A stretch of DNA of 63,215 nt, filler included, from Phoronis australis (GCA_002633005.1; 5 parts of 5 records of this genome joined end to end with filler, not necessarily neighbours in it); one strand, 5' to 3'. Positions 14,551-27,959 are shown, counted from the first letter of the whole stretch. Numbers and translations are program-made. The notes: generated by a model not told the origin, from the sequence alone.

Positions 14551-15604
14551 CAAAGCTACGGACAAGTGCTATACCATTGTAGATGTACCCAGAATACTGA
14601 AAATCTGCTGGTGTATTATCTTCTACAAGTTCAGCAGGACTGAAAGCTTCGGCGGTGCTAAAAGAGCCACCTGGTATAGCAAAAACTGATAGACACAGGC
14701 ATCAGGCAGTATTATGGTTGATACTGTGTGTGTTTGACTCTCTAAATGCTCGCCAGCAGAGAAGTCATATACTAACAGATATGCCGGTGATTTCATACTC
14801 CAACAGGAAAAATACTTTTGGCAAAGCCGAAAAACATGAGCAGATGGGCATGGTGAAGCAGTGCTAGACCAGTGTGGTCATGTGGTCTTATCCTAACCAA
14901 CTGACCGACTGATTTTGTAAAGTGGATGGGGACTGAGAAGAACAGCAACCAGTTTTCTGATGAAAGTTACATGAAGAGTGACGAAAGTTACAAGCAGAGT
15001 GATGAAAGCAATGTTAAGAGGCAGAACTTAACGGAGACTAATAAACCACCTTAATTGGTCATTTATCTACAGGTAATCTTTATCAGTGGTTGCTCTTAAG
15101 GCATGTGGGACCCGCATGTACAAGTATTTTGGTGGTGATCAGTCAATTAAAAAAAATGGTATTGCCTAGTCTGGTACACAATAGATACAATTAGTTACTT
15201 AGAAAACACTCTTATTGCTATGTCTGATCCTCAAAATATACGAATAGAGACTTACTGTATTCAATTATAACAATCACTGACATACTGCAAAATGACGAAA
15301 ATTCAGTAATGTCAGCACTAAATTGCATAAAAAACTTTCACGGGACAAATTTTTGTTTTAACATCAATTTTTACAATTCTCACCAAATTTCCTTCATAAC
15401 AATGCAATTTAGAAATTGATGTCCGAGATTGCACAGGGAGCCATCCTCTGCCTAGAGTACACCCGACTTTCAATATCACAGCAGAAATCCTCAGTTGATC
15501 ATAACAAGAACTCCACACAATACTCACATACATTGATTTTTCATTCAAAATACTCAGGTACCTGTGGCAGAGGAACAATTTAATACCACTTCAATAACTT
15601 CTTA

Positions 15605-15968
15605 CCAGGGTTTTCTGTGGATAAGCTCACCCGATGAAACGCCCATCAGCGTAAATTCATAAAATTAAGCCCATCGTGTTATAACTTCTAATGTCAAGTG
15701 TCCAGATAGTGGGGGGTTTATTTGAAAAATTTCCTCTTAAAAGCCCACTCCCAGTCAACTTTTTGTCATAAATTCAGTTTTATGGTGCATTTATCATTCA
15801 TAAAAACAAACAAGGTATTGACGAACTATGCACTTATTAACATAAAATTTAAAAACAGTTTAAGTAAAAATGTCCAAGTCAGCAAAACTGACTTTCCCTC
15901 CACACGCCCAGGCGTTTATTTGGTGTTTCCAAATTCACACCAATGGGCTTATTTACAGAAAATCCCAG
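15605..15968. mobile_element. TA-flanked MITE, Tc1/mariner-like
   Basis: Imperfect TIR TA|CCAGGGTTTTCTGTGGATAAGCTCA ... TGGGCTTATTTACAGAAAATCCCAG|TA. Confidence 0.55.
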
Positions 15969-16696
15969 TAATCAAAAGCACTTTTTAAAAGAATGTTTTA
16001 TAACAACCTGAGCTCCACAGACATCTGTTACATGAAAGGTGACTCTAAAGACTTAAGACAGAAATTTAGTCTTACCCAGCTACCTTCATTATTACCACAG
16101 CAAGGATTGGCAGTTTAATTATAAGCACATGCAAACTAATATTACAAATTATCTCAGCTAACAGAAATAAAGAAATAAAAGGTAACACAGAGACATCGTA
16201 AAGTGAGATTTAATTATTTTCAGACATCAATAAAGGCCTGTTCACTTAAAGAAAAGCTTTGTGGAGAAAATGTGCAATTCCATTCCGCCAAAATTTCCAC
16301 AATCCGTGACCACTCATGTGACTGTCAATTTCGCAATTTCTATCTTACCGTAGCAACTGAAAATACCAACGGAAGGAAAAGAATACACCGTTGACATGAA
16401 TGTAGCTATTTACAAGGTCTCATGACTCATCAACTGATTGAACAAAACTGAATTTTGCCTTGTTACCTCGAATTCATTCCTGATTCTAAAGAAAGCCAGT
16501 TCATCCTACTTCCTCCCAGACAGCTGGCCATCCACTACGTCTTCCCGCCACAAGCCAATGAGTAACTCCAGTCTCTGCGTCAGGCCATATTTTTAGATAA
16601 ACTGAATTTTGATAGCGAGACAACAGACTTCAAGACTTTATGGACGTAAAGCGGGATTTCTTGTACCATAAGCAGTGTGATAACCGAGTCGTTAAT

Positions 16697-17385
16697 CTTT
16701 TTCTTCTTCTTCCCAAATACAACAAAACGATCATGGTATCGATCCTTACTTGTTGGCGCATTTTTAGTATAAAACTTAGGTGCACGTAACTGTGAAAAAT
16801 AACGATAAAACGAAGTGCTGGTTAGTGCTAGGTCATAATGATTACTGTGTAAGATTGATGTTCAAGATGTGACTTGTGAATATTTCTATTGTTTCTGATG
16901 AGATGGCAATTTGTGGGAGTACATTCCAGAGTAGAATGGTAGATGGAAAGAAAGAGTTTGCGTAGTATGCAGTGCGGATATGTAATCTCTCAAAGGTATG
17001 AGAGTAGGAGTTTCGTGATCTGGAGGTCTGTAAGAGTGGAAGGTATGAGTGAGGAATAGCAACCAGGTTATGTACGGTCTTGTACAGAAGGGACACTTTG
17101 TTCTGAGCTCGTCTTTCCTGGAGGGTGCGCCAATTGAGAGTTTTGAGCATGGATGAAACGGAGGAGTACCTTGAGTGGTCATTTAAAACGAACCTGGCTG
17201 CTCCACGCTGTATTTTTTCTATTTTTTCAATGTTTGTACGAGTGGATGGATCCCAGACGGAGGAGGAGTATTCTAGTTTTGGTCTAACAAGTGAAGTGTA
17301 GGCAAGGGCTTTTGTTTTTTGAGGAGCATATTTGAGATTTCGTTTAATGAAGCCAAGAGTTTTGTTTGCCTTCTGGTTTGTGTCG
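16697..17385 (-). mobile_element. 5'-truncated non-LTR retrotransposon (CR1-like), ORF2 C-terminus plus 3' UTR
   Basis: ORF 16842..17405 has KANKTLGFIKRN...AYTSLVRPKLEYSSSVWDP...IEKIQRGAARFV...LNWRTLQERR...NSFFPSTILLWNVLP, typical of the post-RT region. A short (GAA)n tail lies at about 16697-16712. The 5' boundary is approximate. Confidence 0.88.
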
Positions 17386-20300
17386 AGTATGGGCCAAGTA
17401 ATCAATCGTCAAGCTTGTGTGAATAACTGTTACAGTGTCTGAAGCATTTTCAGCAATAAATTCTGTAAGTTTGGTGAAACTGGGATTGCGTCATTTTTGC
17501 ATTTGTGCGACAATTTTTTCCGTAATCCCAATGCTACAAAATAATGCACAAAAATTTTCGCAAGTCGCGTGAGCATGGCATACTAAGAACAAATTTCTGC
17601 CTTAAGCCACATTTAGTGAGACATTCTGTGAAACATTCTCAAAACAAGCCTGTCTGTCATAAACATTAGAAACTGTGCCTATTGAGGGCAACTTTGTATA
17701 AGTCCTGCTGTCATCAGGAGGTCTGTTTATCAGGTAATCTGATCTAAGGCCCTATTATATGGAGAAGATCAATTACTCCATTAGCATGGCTGCACAAGGA
17801 TAAAACACAGGCTAAAACAATGTGATATGTATATCATGAACAAACTGGCAATTTTTCAAACTATTTGGCTTCTAAAATTGAAATCATTGTGAACACATAT
17901 AAATTAGCATGCAATAAAAATCAGCCAAAATATATGCTTGGGTAACTCTTTGAAGCACAGTACAGTAGATAAATTGGCCAATGCGTCCTCGCTGATGCCT
18001 CCCACAATAGAGCAACAGAACCTGCCTAGGTAACTACAAGAAGTTAAGTCAACTACTGACAGAAAGGCAGCACCAGTTAACCTGCATTTCACTAGCAGGT
18101 GAACACCTCCTGAGTGGCCTAACATTGTCAACCAATAGATCAGCCAACATCAAGAATATGTGTATTCAGAATTGATTTGATAGGGAACATGAGCTCCATA
18201 GTAAATTACAGGCTGTCATTAGCACTAATCTGTAATTCTCAGTGGAACTATAAAATATTTCACGAATCTTTTAAGCTAACTAGGCAATCACTGTGAGATG
18301 AAAAATGGCGTCTTAACATTGTTGTAAGACCAAGTTATGATGATATTAAAAGAACTTTGTATTTGTAACCTATATCAAACTATTTATATTGTCAAGCAGC
18401 CAGAAATGTATTTGTAACTTATAATTATGTCTGGCATTGAAATGTTTTAAATAGTTTAAGTTTACAAGCTGGGTAACATTAGAAGTTTTGTCTTCTAGAA
18501 CTGCCTTAAGAAAGGAGCTCACTAGATTAGTTGCATCCTGGAATGAATGGAAAATATGTCAATAAGCTATGAATATAATAGAATGCATTCCAAGCTAATG
18601 TGCTCCATAACAGAAACTGCCAGGGAACCTTTTCAATCATTGTCAGGAAGTGTTTAACTCCAGAAGTGTATTCACTCCACTCTGTTTACATATTCATATT
18701 CAAGTCTGCTGCCTCCATTGTTGATTAAAATTTGGCACATTAAGAAGGAAAATGAAATGCTAGCAGAGTGTAAGATATATTACCAAGTTTGTAGCATTCA
18801 GTACATATTTACAGAAACATGTTAACAAATACTATAATACACACAGAAGATTATTATATTTCATATATGGCAATAACCAAATCACAACCACAAGAATTAC
18901 CAAAACATCAACGTTGAGTGTTTGAATGAGAAAATAAACCACAAATTCATGTAACTATGAGAGAATAATTCTGTACTTCTTTTACACATAATTGCTAAAT
19001 TGTCGCTTTTGAAATTTGCAAAGGTTAAAACTCCCTCAGTGATGAGCCATGCACAGTTTTCATCTGCACACTTAAAGCAAGCTAATAAAGTAAATTACTT
19101 TTAATAATCTTTATTATCTGAATGCTAAGGTGAAAAATATCTGTACGAAACATATAACATACTTTGCACAGTCAGCTCTCTGCAGCTCAATAGACTTATA
19201 GGCTGATTGGATTCGATAAACACCTAAATGGGTTAGTGATAATTACATACTTAACTTTCAGACAGTTATTTATGTATTACAAGAACAGGATTTCAAAATC
19301 AAAATTATACATTAATCAGCCCTGTGGAAAGCTAATACTTACTGTAATTATTGGAGGCACAGACAAATTTTCACCCCGCTCCGCATTGTCAAAAATTCAC
19401 AATTTGCCCTGCCCCCAAGGATGTCCCAAATCCCCCAATTCACCTCCTCTCTCTTCATCAAAAGGTTGTTGTCATTTGTCCTAAACAGGGACTGATTCTT
19501 GCCTTCACCATTTCCCAGCAGTCCCTGGACTGCCCTAAGCCTACCCATACCATGTTTATCCCCCAGTGAGATTCTTCTGAAAAGCTGTTTAAGCTCTCTA
19601 CATGACTTGGTAATCTGCTGCCATGTGCAATGCCATGTGAGGCTTATCTGGATGTAATCTGCATGTGTAGACAGGTGTTCTGACTGATTTTTTTACCTAA
19701 AAAGTTATACAGGACTTTTAAGTTGAAACAAAGCACATTCAATTTCACTATGACTTTGACTCTGGAATTTAAGGACACGTGCCTATACTTCACACTCAGG
19801 TGCTTTGTCTAATTGGAGTGTGTAGACAGGACTTCAAATGTTACAAGCATGCCAAGACAAGGCTGTTTGAGCATCTTTCTAACAAGATCTGAGCAAGTGT
19901 GTTACTGTTTATTGGACTTTGTTGACACAAGATGTGTGACTGGCTAATCCTTCATGGGTTAACCAGCGAATAAACAAACAGACACCACATAAGAGTCAAG
20001 GCATCCTGCCTGACCCTCAAACATTACAGATAAACCCAGCTGACCAAGAGGAGATAGGTTTTACAAGAACCTTTCAAGATACCTCACAAGTGCACCTGGA
20101 CCAAGAATATATGTATATGTATATGTAGATATAGATATATTTATATGCATTAACATGTATATGTGTGTATATGTATATGCTGAGTGAAAATGAATCCATC
20201 TCTTCAGGTCAGTAAGGTGTATTGCCCGTGAACTCATTTCCCCCTTCATAGTTTTGTACAGGAGAGTTGAGCACTAAATATCTTGAGCATGTCTAACCTA

Positions 20301-22789
20301 TATGGTTTTGAGCACACTGAACAGGGAGGGGCTAATCCTTCAAGTCAGACTGAAGATCTCCCCCCCCCCTTTTCTCAAATGTGAACCACATTTTAGTCTA
20401 CTACTGTATGTGTTACCAGAACCCAAACTAGCATATTTGAACAATACACACTAAACTCTGCCAAGTCCACTGTCTACCAATCCCTTATCCCAAATGCACC
20501 CCATCGTATGCCCTTGGTGTATCATTCTAATGCTGTTTTCAAAGCTTATGTTGACGCTGTTCTCTTGAAAACTATGATCTGACACTGAGAACTGGAAAAA
20601 TATTTTGAAATGTGACCTGGTGGCATAATAGTGGCCACGAGAACATTTAGCATAATTTGTTAAGGGCAGAAAAGAATCGGTGGAACAACAAAATTTTCGA
20701 AATGAAAAGTTAGAGTAATTATTCACTATGTAACAATACTCTGCTGTCTCTTACTGAATGAAGTGGGTGGCAAACGGATAGCAAAAATAGTAATTTGTTT
20801 GGCCAAAAATAATGTAACTGGTCCTGCCAGGCATCGGGTGATTATTCTTTTTGAAAATATGGACAAAGAATACAGCATAAATTTCTAGAAAACATAGACC
20901 AACGAATTAAGCTATTTTTAGGCCAAACATTCAATTTAAAGATGAGAAAATAACAATGAAGAAATTTTTGAAAAGCTCTTCATTAAAAATTTAAATTTTC
21001 AGTAACATCAAAATTAAGAATCTCCTCATGAATTGTTATTTTTGTGAACAGACAGGGTTGCAAGTAACAGCAAACTGATAATCAACATGACCCACTACTA
21101 TAGCTTTAAACCTCATGCTAATCAAGAGGTTCATAAGCCAATAAGTGAATTCCAATTAGACAATAATCGGTTTAGTATTCAAGTCGCACATACATAATCT
21201 TGTGGTATTGATTTAGAAAAAGTGAAACACATTTTTTTCCTTTCATGCTGGTTGGATATGTCATAAGAGGAGTTTAAGTGTATTTGCCTGCAAATGTTCA
21301 ATAATTCTGATTAATCAATAACTGTTATGAAATACTGCACTATTTTCATGCATGTTGCAACAAGTCATTCAATTAATTTATGTTCTACATACGTCCCATT
21401 TATTAAACAGTGACTCACAGAGAACTCACTTGTATGAACTGTTGGGCTTCAACTTAGAATTCCACTTCATCTCAAGATTGCATGCAGTGCATTAACTAGG
21501 GAAATCCCTAACTTGTCAGCTTAACTCAAATAATCACTTTCCCTTTGATAAAAGTTGCACTAAACTAAAGCATAACAATAAAATGACATAAATGTTAACC
21601 AATCTTTATTTGCTGTCAACTATTAGTGGCCATCTTATTGATTAATCTTTCATATTTGTCAACTTCTGAGACACACAAGTTCCGGTAAAGGAGAAAATTG
21701 GTGACTGTGGGGCCAATAATTACAAAAATTCTTCATAGACTATACTGAATAAAGTTTCACCTGAGTGCTTTAATGACATACATTTACACACAATCTTAAT
21801 AATAAGCGTAATTCCAAGTTCAAGCACAACATAGTAACTTAGATAAACAGTGCCTAAAATTATGTTGTACACATAACTGAAATAAGCAGTCATTCCAAAC
21901 AAACTGGATGTCAGAGGGAGGTGGAAACACCAATGGAATAAATGCAGTAATTGCAGTATGATATTCAGGTAGGCCTACTATAATTGTCACAGGCCAAAGT
22001 TCTATTTTTTCAAAGGTGTACAAATTACATACTTGCAGTTGTTAAATATAACTAACGTAGAAAATAAATCCGAAACTAAAAGTGGCAATAGTGTGTTTGA
22101 TTTTACTTTATTTCTGTTTCTGTTGACAATGGATGTTATTATATCCGAAAATTTCAGTGATCCATTTTTGTTGTTAAATTTATGTATATTTAAATATGAA
22201 AATTTACAGAGCTATTTGCATGACACAACAGCGCAATACAACCAGGTTAATGAAACAGACTGGTCCTAGGCCTATGACTATGTACCGTATCTATCATTGT
22301 CTCTGAAAATGTTTAGTACAAGTTAGCAATAGTATAGCCTAATTAATTAGTATTATGAGTTTTAATAACTTAACCTCACCACAGAGCCTATGTTTTCAAC
22401 CCTCCATAATGTTTCATTTGTTACAAAAAGCCAGAGCTAACAACACAAAAATCACTCAGTCAATGGTTCAAAGGCCTTTGTTATAATGCCTAATGCAATA
22501 ATTCCTGCTGTGAAATGCAATCAACTTACCCGCGCCTTGAACATGCTGAAAACTTGTTGCCAAGTTAGACAACAGGATCAAACTAATCACAATGCTCATG
22601 TTATGCTTAGGGAGTTTCGCTCAACATTGCATCACTGTTCTATCAATCTTGAGCAATTCAAATTTAGACTCATCCCGGTCTGTTTAACTTTGACAGATAT
22701 ACGCACGCTGGGGTATTAGCTAACAATCCCTTATCATTTTGAAAACATACTCTTGGCTGTAACCCCAAGCTCCTTGAAAGCCAACACAA

Positions 22790-24160
22790 GTGACCAATGA
22801 AGAGCATCGTAAGGAAACCGGCTTCGGTGACATCCAATCAACAGGCAGTTTTTAGAATGATTTGACGCCTCCAGTTGAACAGGTCAAAAGTTCGAAGGTC
22901 AAGATTTCACAATTTTGAACTTTCGTCGTTAGACGTCGCTGAATTCTAAAGTTTCTCCGACTTCCGATTAGGAATCCCCGTATAAGTTCTTTTCGATCAA
23001 GGTAAGATGGCAGCTCCCATGAAAATGCCTTTTGCTGTGACCATTTTAGACCGAAGTTGTCGTGTAATGAGACTTTTTAGGTTTTAAGGCAGTGATCGTT
23101 TGATCGAATTCACCCTGGATACACTGCTTGATTTCTTATTTAAGTTTATGTCTGAGTTAGGCGCAGCCGGTAACGGCTCTCTGAGAGCCTCCCTCAGTAG
23201 GACGGTGGAGCTCCAGCGCACAGGCGTCCTCAGCTTCTGATCGTCCCCAATACTATGACACTCCCTACTAGAAATTCCACTGGTGCTTCACTTCAGCCCT
23301 CCATAGCTAACATAAAACTCAATAATTTACACAAAACAAGGTTTCAACAAACCATTGGCAATTGTTCTTTCTTCCAATATACTGGGGAACCCAATGTTCG
23401 TCCGCCTAAGCATAAAACCGACTTGCTGTTGTACTCACCGAATTATTCCACTTCAAAGTTATGATCTGAATAGGATTCGATTTAACTCTCACAGATATAC
23501 CGCATTCATCGATTCGGAAGTTTTCTTTAATTTGTGCCGAGTTATTTCAAATGTGCACTGCCTTCGGCAGCCATTTTATTGTGACACCTAAGTTCGTCAT
23601 ATGCTGCCCCCTTTTGTAAAAACTGAAAAACATGCAGAAAAAGGCCACCGAAGTAATGAAAATTGCAACAGCCTGTTTTTATTGACATAAACTCGATTTG
23701 AAGCTTTGATGTTGAGCTCTGCACTGTGGTTTCCAATAAAAGCCAATTGGACAACATTTCAATGCAGTTTAATGGTGAATGCGTGAGGCAAAAATGTTAA
23801 GAACCCAGCGTATCGCATTTGTCTGCGGATTTTTCCTTTGGCCTTCTAGATCCTACTAGTGCCTGGGACAAACAGATACATTGCATAAACAAACCCTGGA
23901 TCATGTTTTGTGTCCCGTCGGAAGAAAATTTAAATTCGAAAACATCTTCTGAAAACGCACAAAAAAGTGTATTAGTAAAATCTACTGATTTTTAAGTGGT
24001 TTTAAAAAACAATCGGTAAACTCACCGATTTTTGTCTCATTACTTTGATACGTGTCTCTTCCGATAAGTTAGTACCTAACGTGCAGACGAGCACTCCAAA
24101 TTGGAACGCTAAGTCCCGCGTGGTTGCGCTGCACGCGAAACAAGATGGCGGACGAACTTT
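22790..24160. promoter_or_regulatory. Candidate promoter-like region
   Basis: Locally more CpG, a CCAAT at 22834, and YY1-type AAGATGGC(A/G)G motifs at 23004 and 24142. Motif evidence only. Confidence 0.3.
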
Positions 24161-24770
24161 GGAGCCTGACGAAAATAGGTAACCGGACGATACCATTCAC
24201 AGTGTCCTGTTCCGGTGACTTCGTAAGAAATTCGCAGTCAAAATACAAAACTGTTCACAAAAACTTGAAAAAGCCCACACAAACTTCCATCTTGGACAGC
24301 TCGAGGTTAAGGACGGTACCGAAAATACTGATGAATTATGGATGGACGACGTTATCAACATCGTGACTTTACACAACAAAATGGTAATTTCCGTACCGTT
24401 CTTGACCTTTTTGTGAACATTTTTGTTCTTTGACTGCGAATTTCTTACGAAGTCGCCGGAACAGGATACCATGAATGGTATTGGAAGAAAGAGCAATTGC
24501 CAATGGTTTGTTGAAACCTTGTTATGTGTAAATTTATTGAGCTTTATGTTAGCTATGGAGGGCTGAAGTGAAGCACCTGTGGAATTTCTAGTCGGGAGTG
24601 TCATACATTGTAGTACATTGTAGTATTATATGTAGTGTATTGGAGACGATCAGAAGCTGAGGACGCCTGTGGGTTTAACAAACCATGAGGATTTGTTCTT
24701 TCTTTCAATACCATTTACGGTGTCCTGCTTCACCCAGTTCACAAGAAATTCGCGGTCAAAGTACAAAAAT
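23220..24770. repeat. Cluster of fragments of one dispersed repeat in both orientations
   Basis: 23220-23379 (+) is the inverse of about 24479-24669. 24190-24330 (+) is the inverse of about 24385-24481. A partial copy lies at 24675-24770 and a colinear copy at 26737-26990. Confidence 0.85.
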
Positions 24771-24869
24771 CGGTAATTGTTTACACGATGACATTGACCT
24801 ACACACACATGATTTTGGTATCGTTCGATTCCTCACAATGTTATCTTTTCAAAAATATATGAATGTATC

Positions 24870-25230
24870 CAGGGCTCGACGCTATTAAAATCGCCAGGTC
24901 GCATTTTGCGACCAAGCCAAAATCCCAGGTCGCATTTTCAAAATCCAGCTCGCATTCGTAAATGCCAGGTCGCAAAATTTTCCCGCCATTTTTACACGCC
25001 AAAATAGATTTTTTAGATCATCGAGAAAATGTTTAGATTATGCTCTTACCTGCAGCGTCAAATACTCACAAATTTCGTATCTCAAAATTGACTTCATTCA
25101 TGCAGGTACGGCCTTACTGTTCTTCACGACCGCCATTGAAAGTCTCTAGAGCGCAAGGCAAGTTGCCGGCGTGAAAGTTGAATCAGTGCTCTCTAACTGA
25201 CTTGTGCATTCGAGTAGCTAAATTTGCGAT
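24870..25230. mobile_element. One end of a hAT-like DNA transposon, truncated by the contig end
   Basis: Starts CAGGGCTCGAC, the same start as the TIR of the 31352-33390 element, followed by four CCAG(G/C)TCGCA subterminal repeats. Confidence 0.6.
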
Positions 25231-25330
25231 NNNNNNNNNNNNNNNNNNNNNNNNNNNNNNNNNNNNNNNNNNNNTTAATTAATTAANNNNNNNNNNNNNN
25301 NNNNNNNNNNNNNNNNNNNNNNNNNNNNNN
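25231..25330. other. Artificial contig-joining spacer
   Basis: 44N-TTAATTAATTAA-44N, which has stops in all six frames and is identical at four places. Confidence 0.97.
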
Positions 25331-26076
25331 TAAAAGTTACGATATCACGGTTTATAGTAATTATTTAGCAAACTGCGCTGAGAACAGCAGAGCAAATTTA
25401 CACTGTCAGAAACGAAATTCCTTGGGCATTGTGTTTTTTGGAAACAAAGACAATTCTGGAACCACGGCAGCGAACGACAAGTGGTCTGACGCGTCCAAAA
25501 CTGTTCAGAAAGCAGAAGTTGACAGTAAATTAATGGAGTTTTATGTCAGGTGTGTAACAGATTTGTGTTTTTCTCTTGTGATGGCATCGCGCCGCAAAAA
25601 GGCAAACACTGTCAGCAGATCAATGGACCTCGGTGGGAACTCGCAAGCATTTACAAAGAAGACGCTAAAAGTGAAAGAAACACTTCGGAGGAAGTGTCCC
25701 ACATTTACACAGAGAATGACGAGAAGGTAAAACAAAATGTCCATGATTTAAGAAATGTAAAGAAATATCCAATTGATGATCTCGATGTGAAAGGGAGAGA
25801 AGTGGTGCAGTTGAACGGTAGAAAGAAACCAGAGGAGGTCGAAGACGTTCAACGGGAAGTCATTCAAGTGCCAGGTACCACTGGGTTCCTTGATGATGCT
25901 AATAGTAAGGACAAGTCCTGACATCTGAAAGACACCCCGTTCAAACTTACCACCCAGAAGGCACCACACTGTCAGATTCCCTCGAGTTGAGTCGACTTAG
26001 TCTACAGTTTCGAAGGAAGTGTACCCCATTTCCACACAGAAAAATGGGATGGCTCATTGTCCAAGATCTGGATGGT

Positions 26077-26303
26077 ATAGCGGATTTGCAGCGCAAACGA
26101 ACTACGCATTGCGCATGTGCGAGTTACTTCCTGCGCGAAGGCTCATGGGATAACATTGAACTAATATTTTGATGTCGACCTAGTGTATGGTAGTCTGCAA
26201 CCTCAAACTCAGTCTGGCAGACACCAAATAGCGGATTTGCAGCGCAAACGAACTACACATTGCGCATGTGCGAGTTACTTCCTACGCAAAGGCTCATGGG
26301 ATA
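26077..26303 (+). repeat. 76-bp direct repeat (26077-26152 and 26228-26303) with NRF1-like and ETS-like motifs
   Basis: Both copies read ATAGCGGATTTGCAGCGCAAACGAACTAC(G/A)CATTGCGCATGTGCGAGTTACTTCCT... Confidence 0.85.
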
Positions 26304-26532
26304 GCTTGTGGTCAGGCATGTCTTGAGCAGGCTGGATAGTGTGTGCATTTGGAGTGATTTGCAAACTAAAAACCATGTTTCATTTTTTACTTTATAATAC
26401 CAAGCAAGTCCTCTCTCTCGTTTGTAAACACAGCGTAGCTATATATGATCAGTGACCATGTGACCGGGGGCACGACTGTCGTCATGTTCAGTATTGGGGC
26501 TATCGGCGTTGATTTCGAAATCTCCTCCGGTT

Positions 26533-26695
26533 TCAGACAAGTTGAGAGTTCTTGGGTTGCTTAACATTTGTAGCTTTCGCCGTGGATATGCTAGAGACGT
26601 TAATTTTAAGAGGAAACTCCGTCGGAATGTTGTTCTCATACGTCTTTTTTTCCACCAGGAAAATGTTCGATGCACACACCATGGCCCCTAGGCAA
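26533..26695 (-). pseudogene. Frameshifted C-terminal half of a THAP zinc-finger domain, probably a DNA-transposon relic
   Basis: Reads PRGHGVCIEHFPGGK, then a +1 shift in an A7 run, then KTYENNIPTEFP. This matches the THAP CxxHF...PT.F motif, of the GGxKTY subtype seen in THAP11. Confidence 0.6.
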
Positions 26696-26990
26696 TTACA
26701 TCGCACTGGATGCCGCAGGCATTCAGGGGTGATAGCACAGGCGTCCTCAGCTTCTGATCGTCCCCAATACACTACATATAATACTACAAGGTAGGACACT
26801 CCTGACTAGAAATTCCACGGGTGCTTCACTTCAGCCGTCCATAGCAAACATAAAACTCAATAAATTTACACAAAACAGAGGTTCAACAAACCATGAAGAA
26901 TTGTTCTTTCTCCCAATACCATTCACGGTGTCCTGTTCCGGCGACTTCGTAAGAAATTCGCAGTCAAAGAACAAAAATGTTCACAAAAAA

Positions 26991-27324
26991 NNNNNNNNNN
27001 NNNNNNNNNNNNNNNNNNNNNNNNNNNNNNNNNNNNNNNNNNNNNNNNNNNNNNNNNNNNNNNNNNNNNNNNNNNNNNNNNNNNNNNNNNNNNNNNNNNN
27101 NNNNNNNNNNNNNNNNNNNNNNNNNNNNNNNNNNNNNNNNNNNNNNNNNNNNNNNNNNNNNNNNNNNNNNNNNNNNNNNNNNNNNNNNNNNNNNNNNNNN
27201 NNNNNNNNNNNNNNNNNNNNNNNNNNNNNNNNNNNNNNNNNNNNNNNNNNNNNNNNNNNNNNNNNNNNNNNNNNNNNNNNNNNNNNNNNNNNNNNNNNNN
27301 NNNNNNNNNNNNNNNNNNNNNNNN
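26991..27324. other. Assembly gap (334 N)
   Basis: N run without the spacer. Confidence 0.97.
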
Positions 27325-27959
27325 ATTATGTTTAATGTTTCCCCCATCTTATGCTCTAATGCTCTGGGGTTTACAGGGGAGAGTACAAGATCCTGGTTTG
27401 CCTTGCTGACCTCAGTGCTATTTACATACTAGAGTGAGAGAAACTTTTATTTTTTAATCATATAAAAACCTGCATTGTTATACGACTGGGTGGCCAGCAA
27501 AGGCACGGGCCGCTAATAGCTGACCTAAGTGGAACAATAAATAAAATAGAAAACAATTAAGTAGAACAATATAAGTTGTAGCAGAAAAAGTACATGTACA
27601 GTGAAATAAAATACAATGCAAGTTGATTTATAAAAACCAAATTAAATGCACATGTATTCCACAAAGAATTAAAGACAGAGACTATTGGGAAACCACTGGT
27701 AGGTTAGAAACGCGTAGGACTAAGATGAAAGACAGGTTATCACCGTTACTTCAATTAGAACATGCATAACAGTGTAAAACGTTGCACTGAGAGAAATTCT
27801 AATTAAGCATGCCCTTTTTACATGGCTAAAAACAAAAATAGAGTTCGGTGTAAATTTGTCTCGCACTATTCATTACCACGAAATGCCGCGAAGCATTTTT
27901 TCTTGTCATTTTTGAGCAGCAAAATAAAGATTGTTTTTTACGAGACTGGAGCTTTGCTG

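Noticed and set aside
14955-15010. CTGATGA...GAAA hammerhead-like motif
   Set aside because: Extra bases between the core and stem II and no convincing stems I and III. It is explained by a 21-bp tandem repeat.
25048-25136. Minus-strand ATG...TGA...CAG|GTAAG frame as a selenoprotein or readthrough exon
   Set aside because: It lies inside a hAT-like end, is very short and has no recognisable homology or SECIS evidence.
25422-25921. ORFs of 102 and 123 aa at the start of contig 2
   Set aside because: No recognisable domain or splice structure, so they are left uncalled.
26901-27432. Long ORFs spanning N runs (also 29529-29798 and 36878-37219)
   Set aside because: Their length is an artefact of translating gaps.
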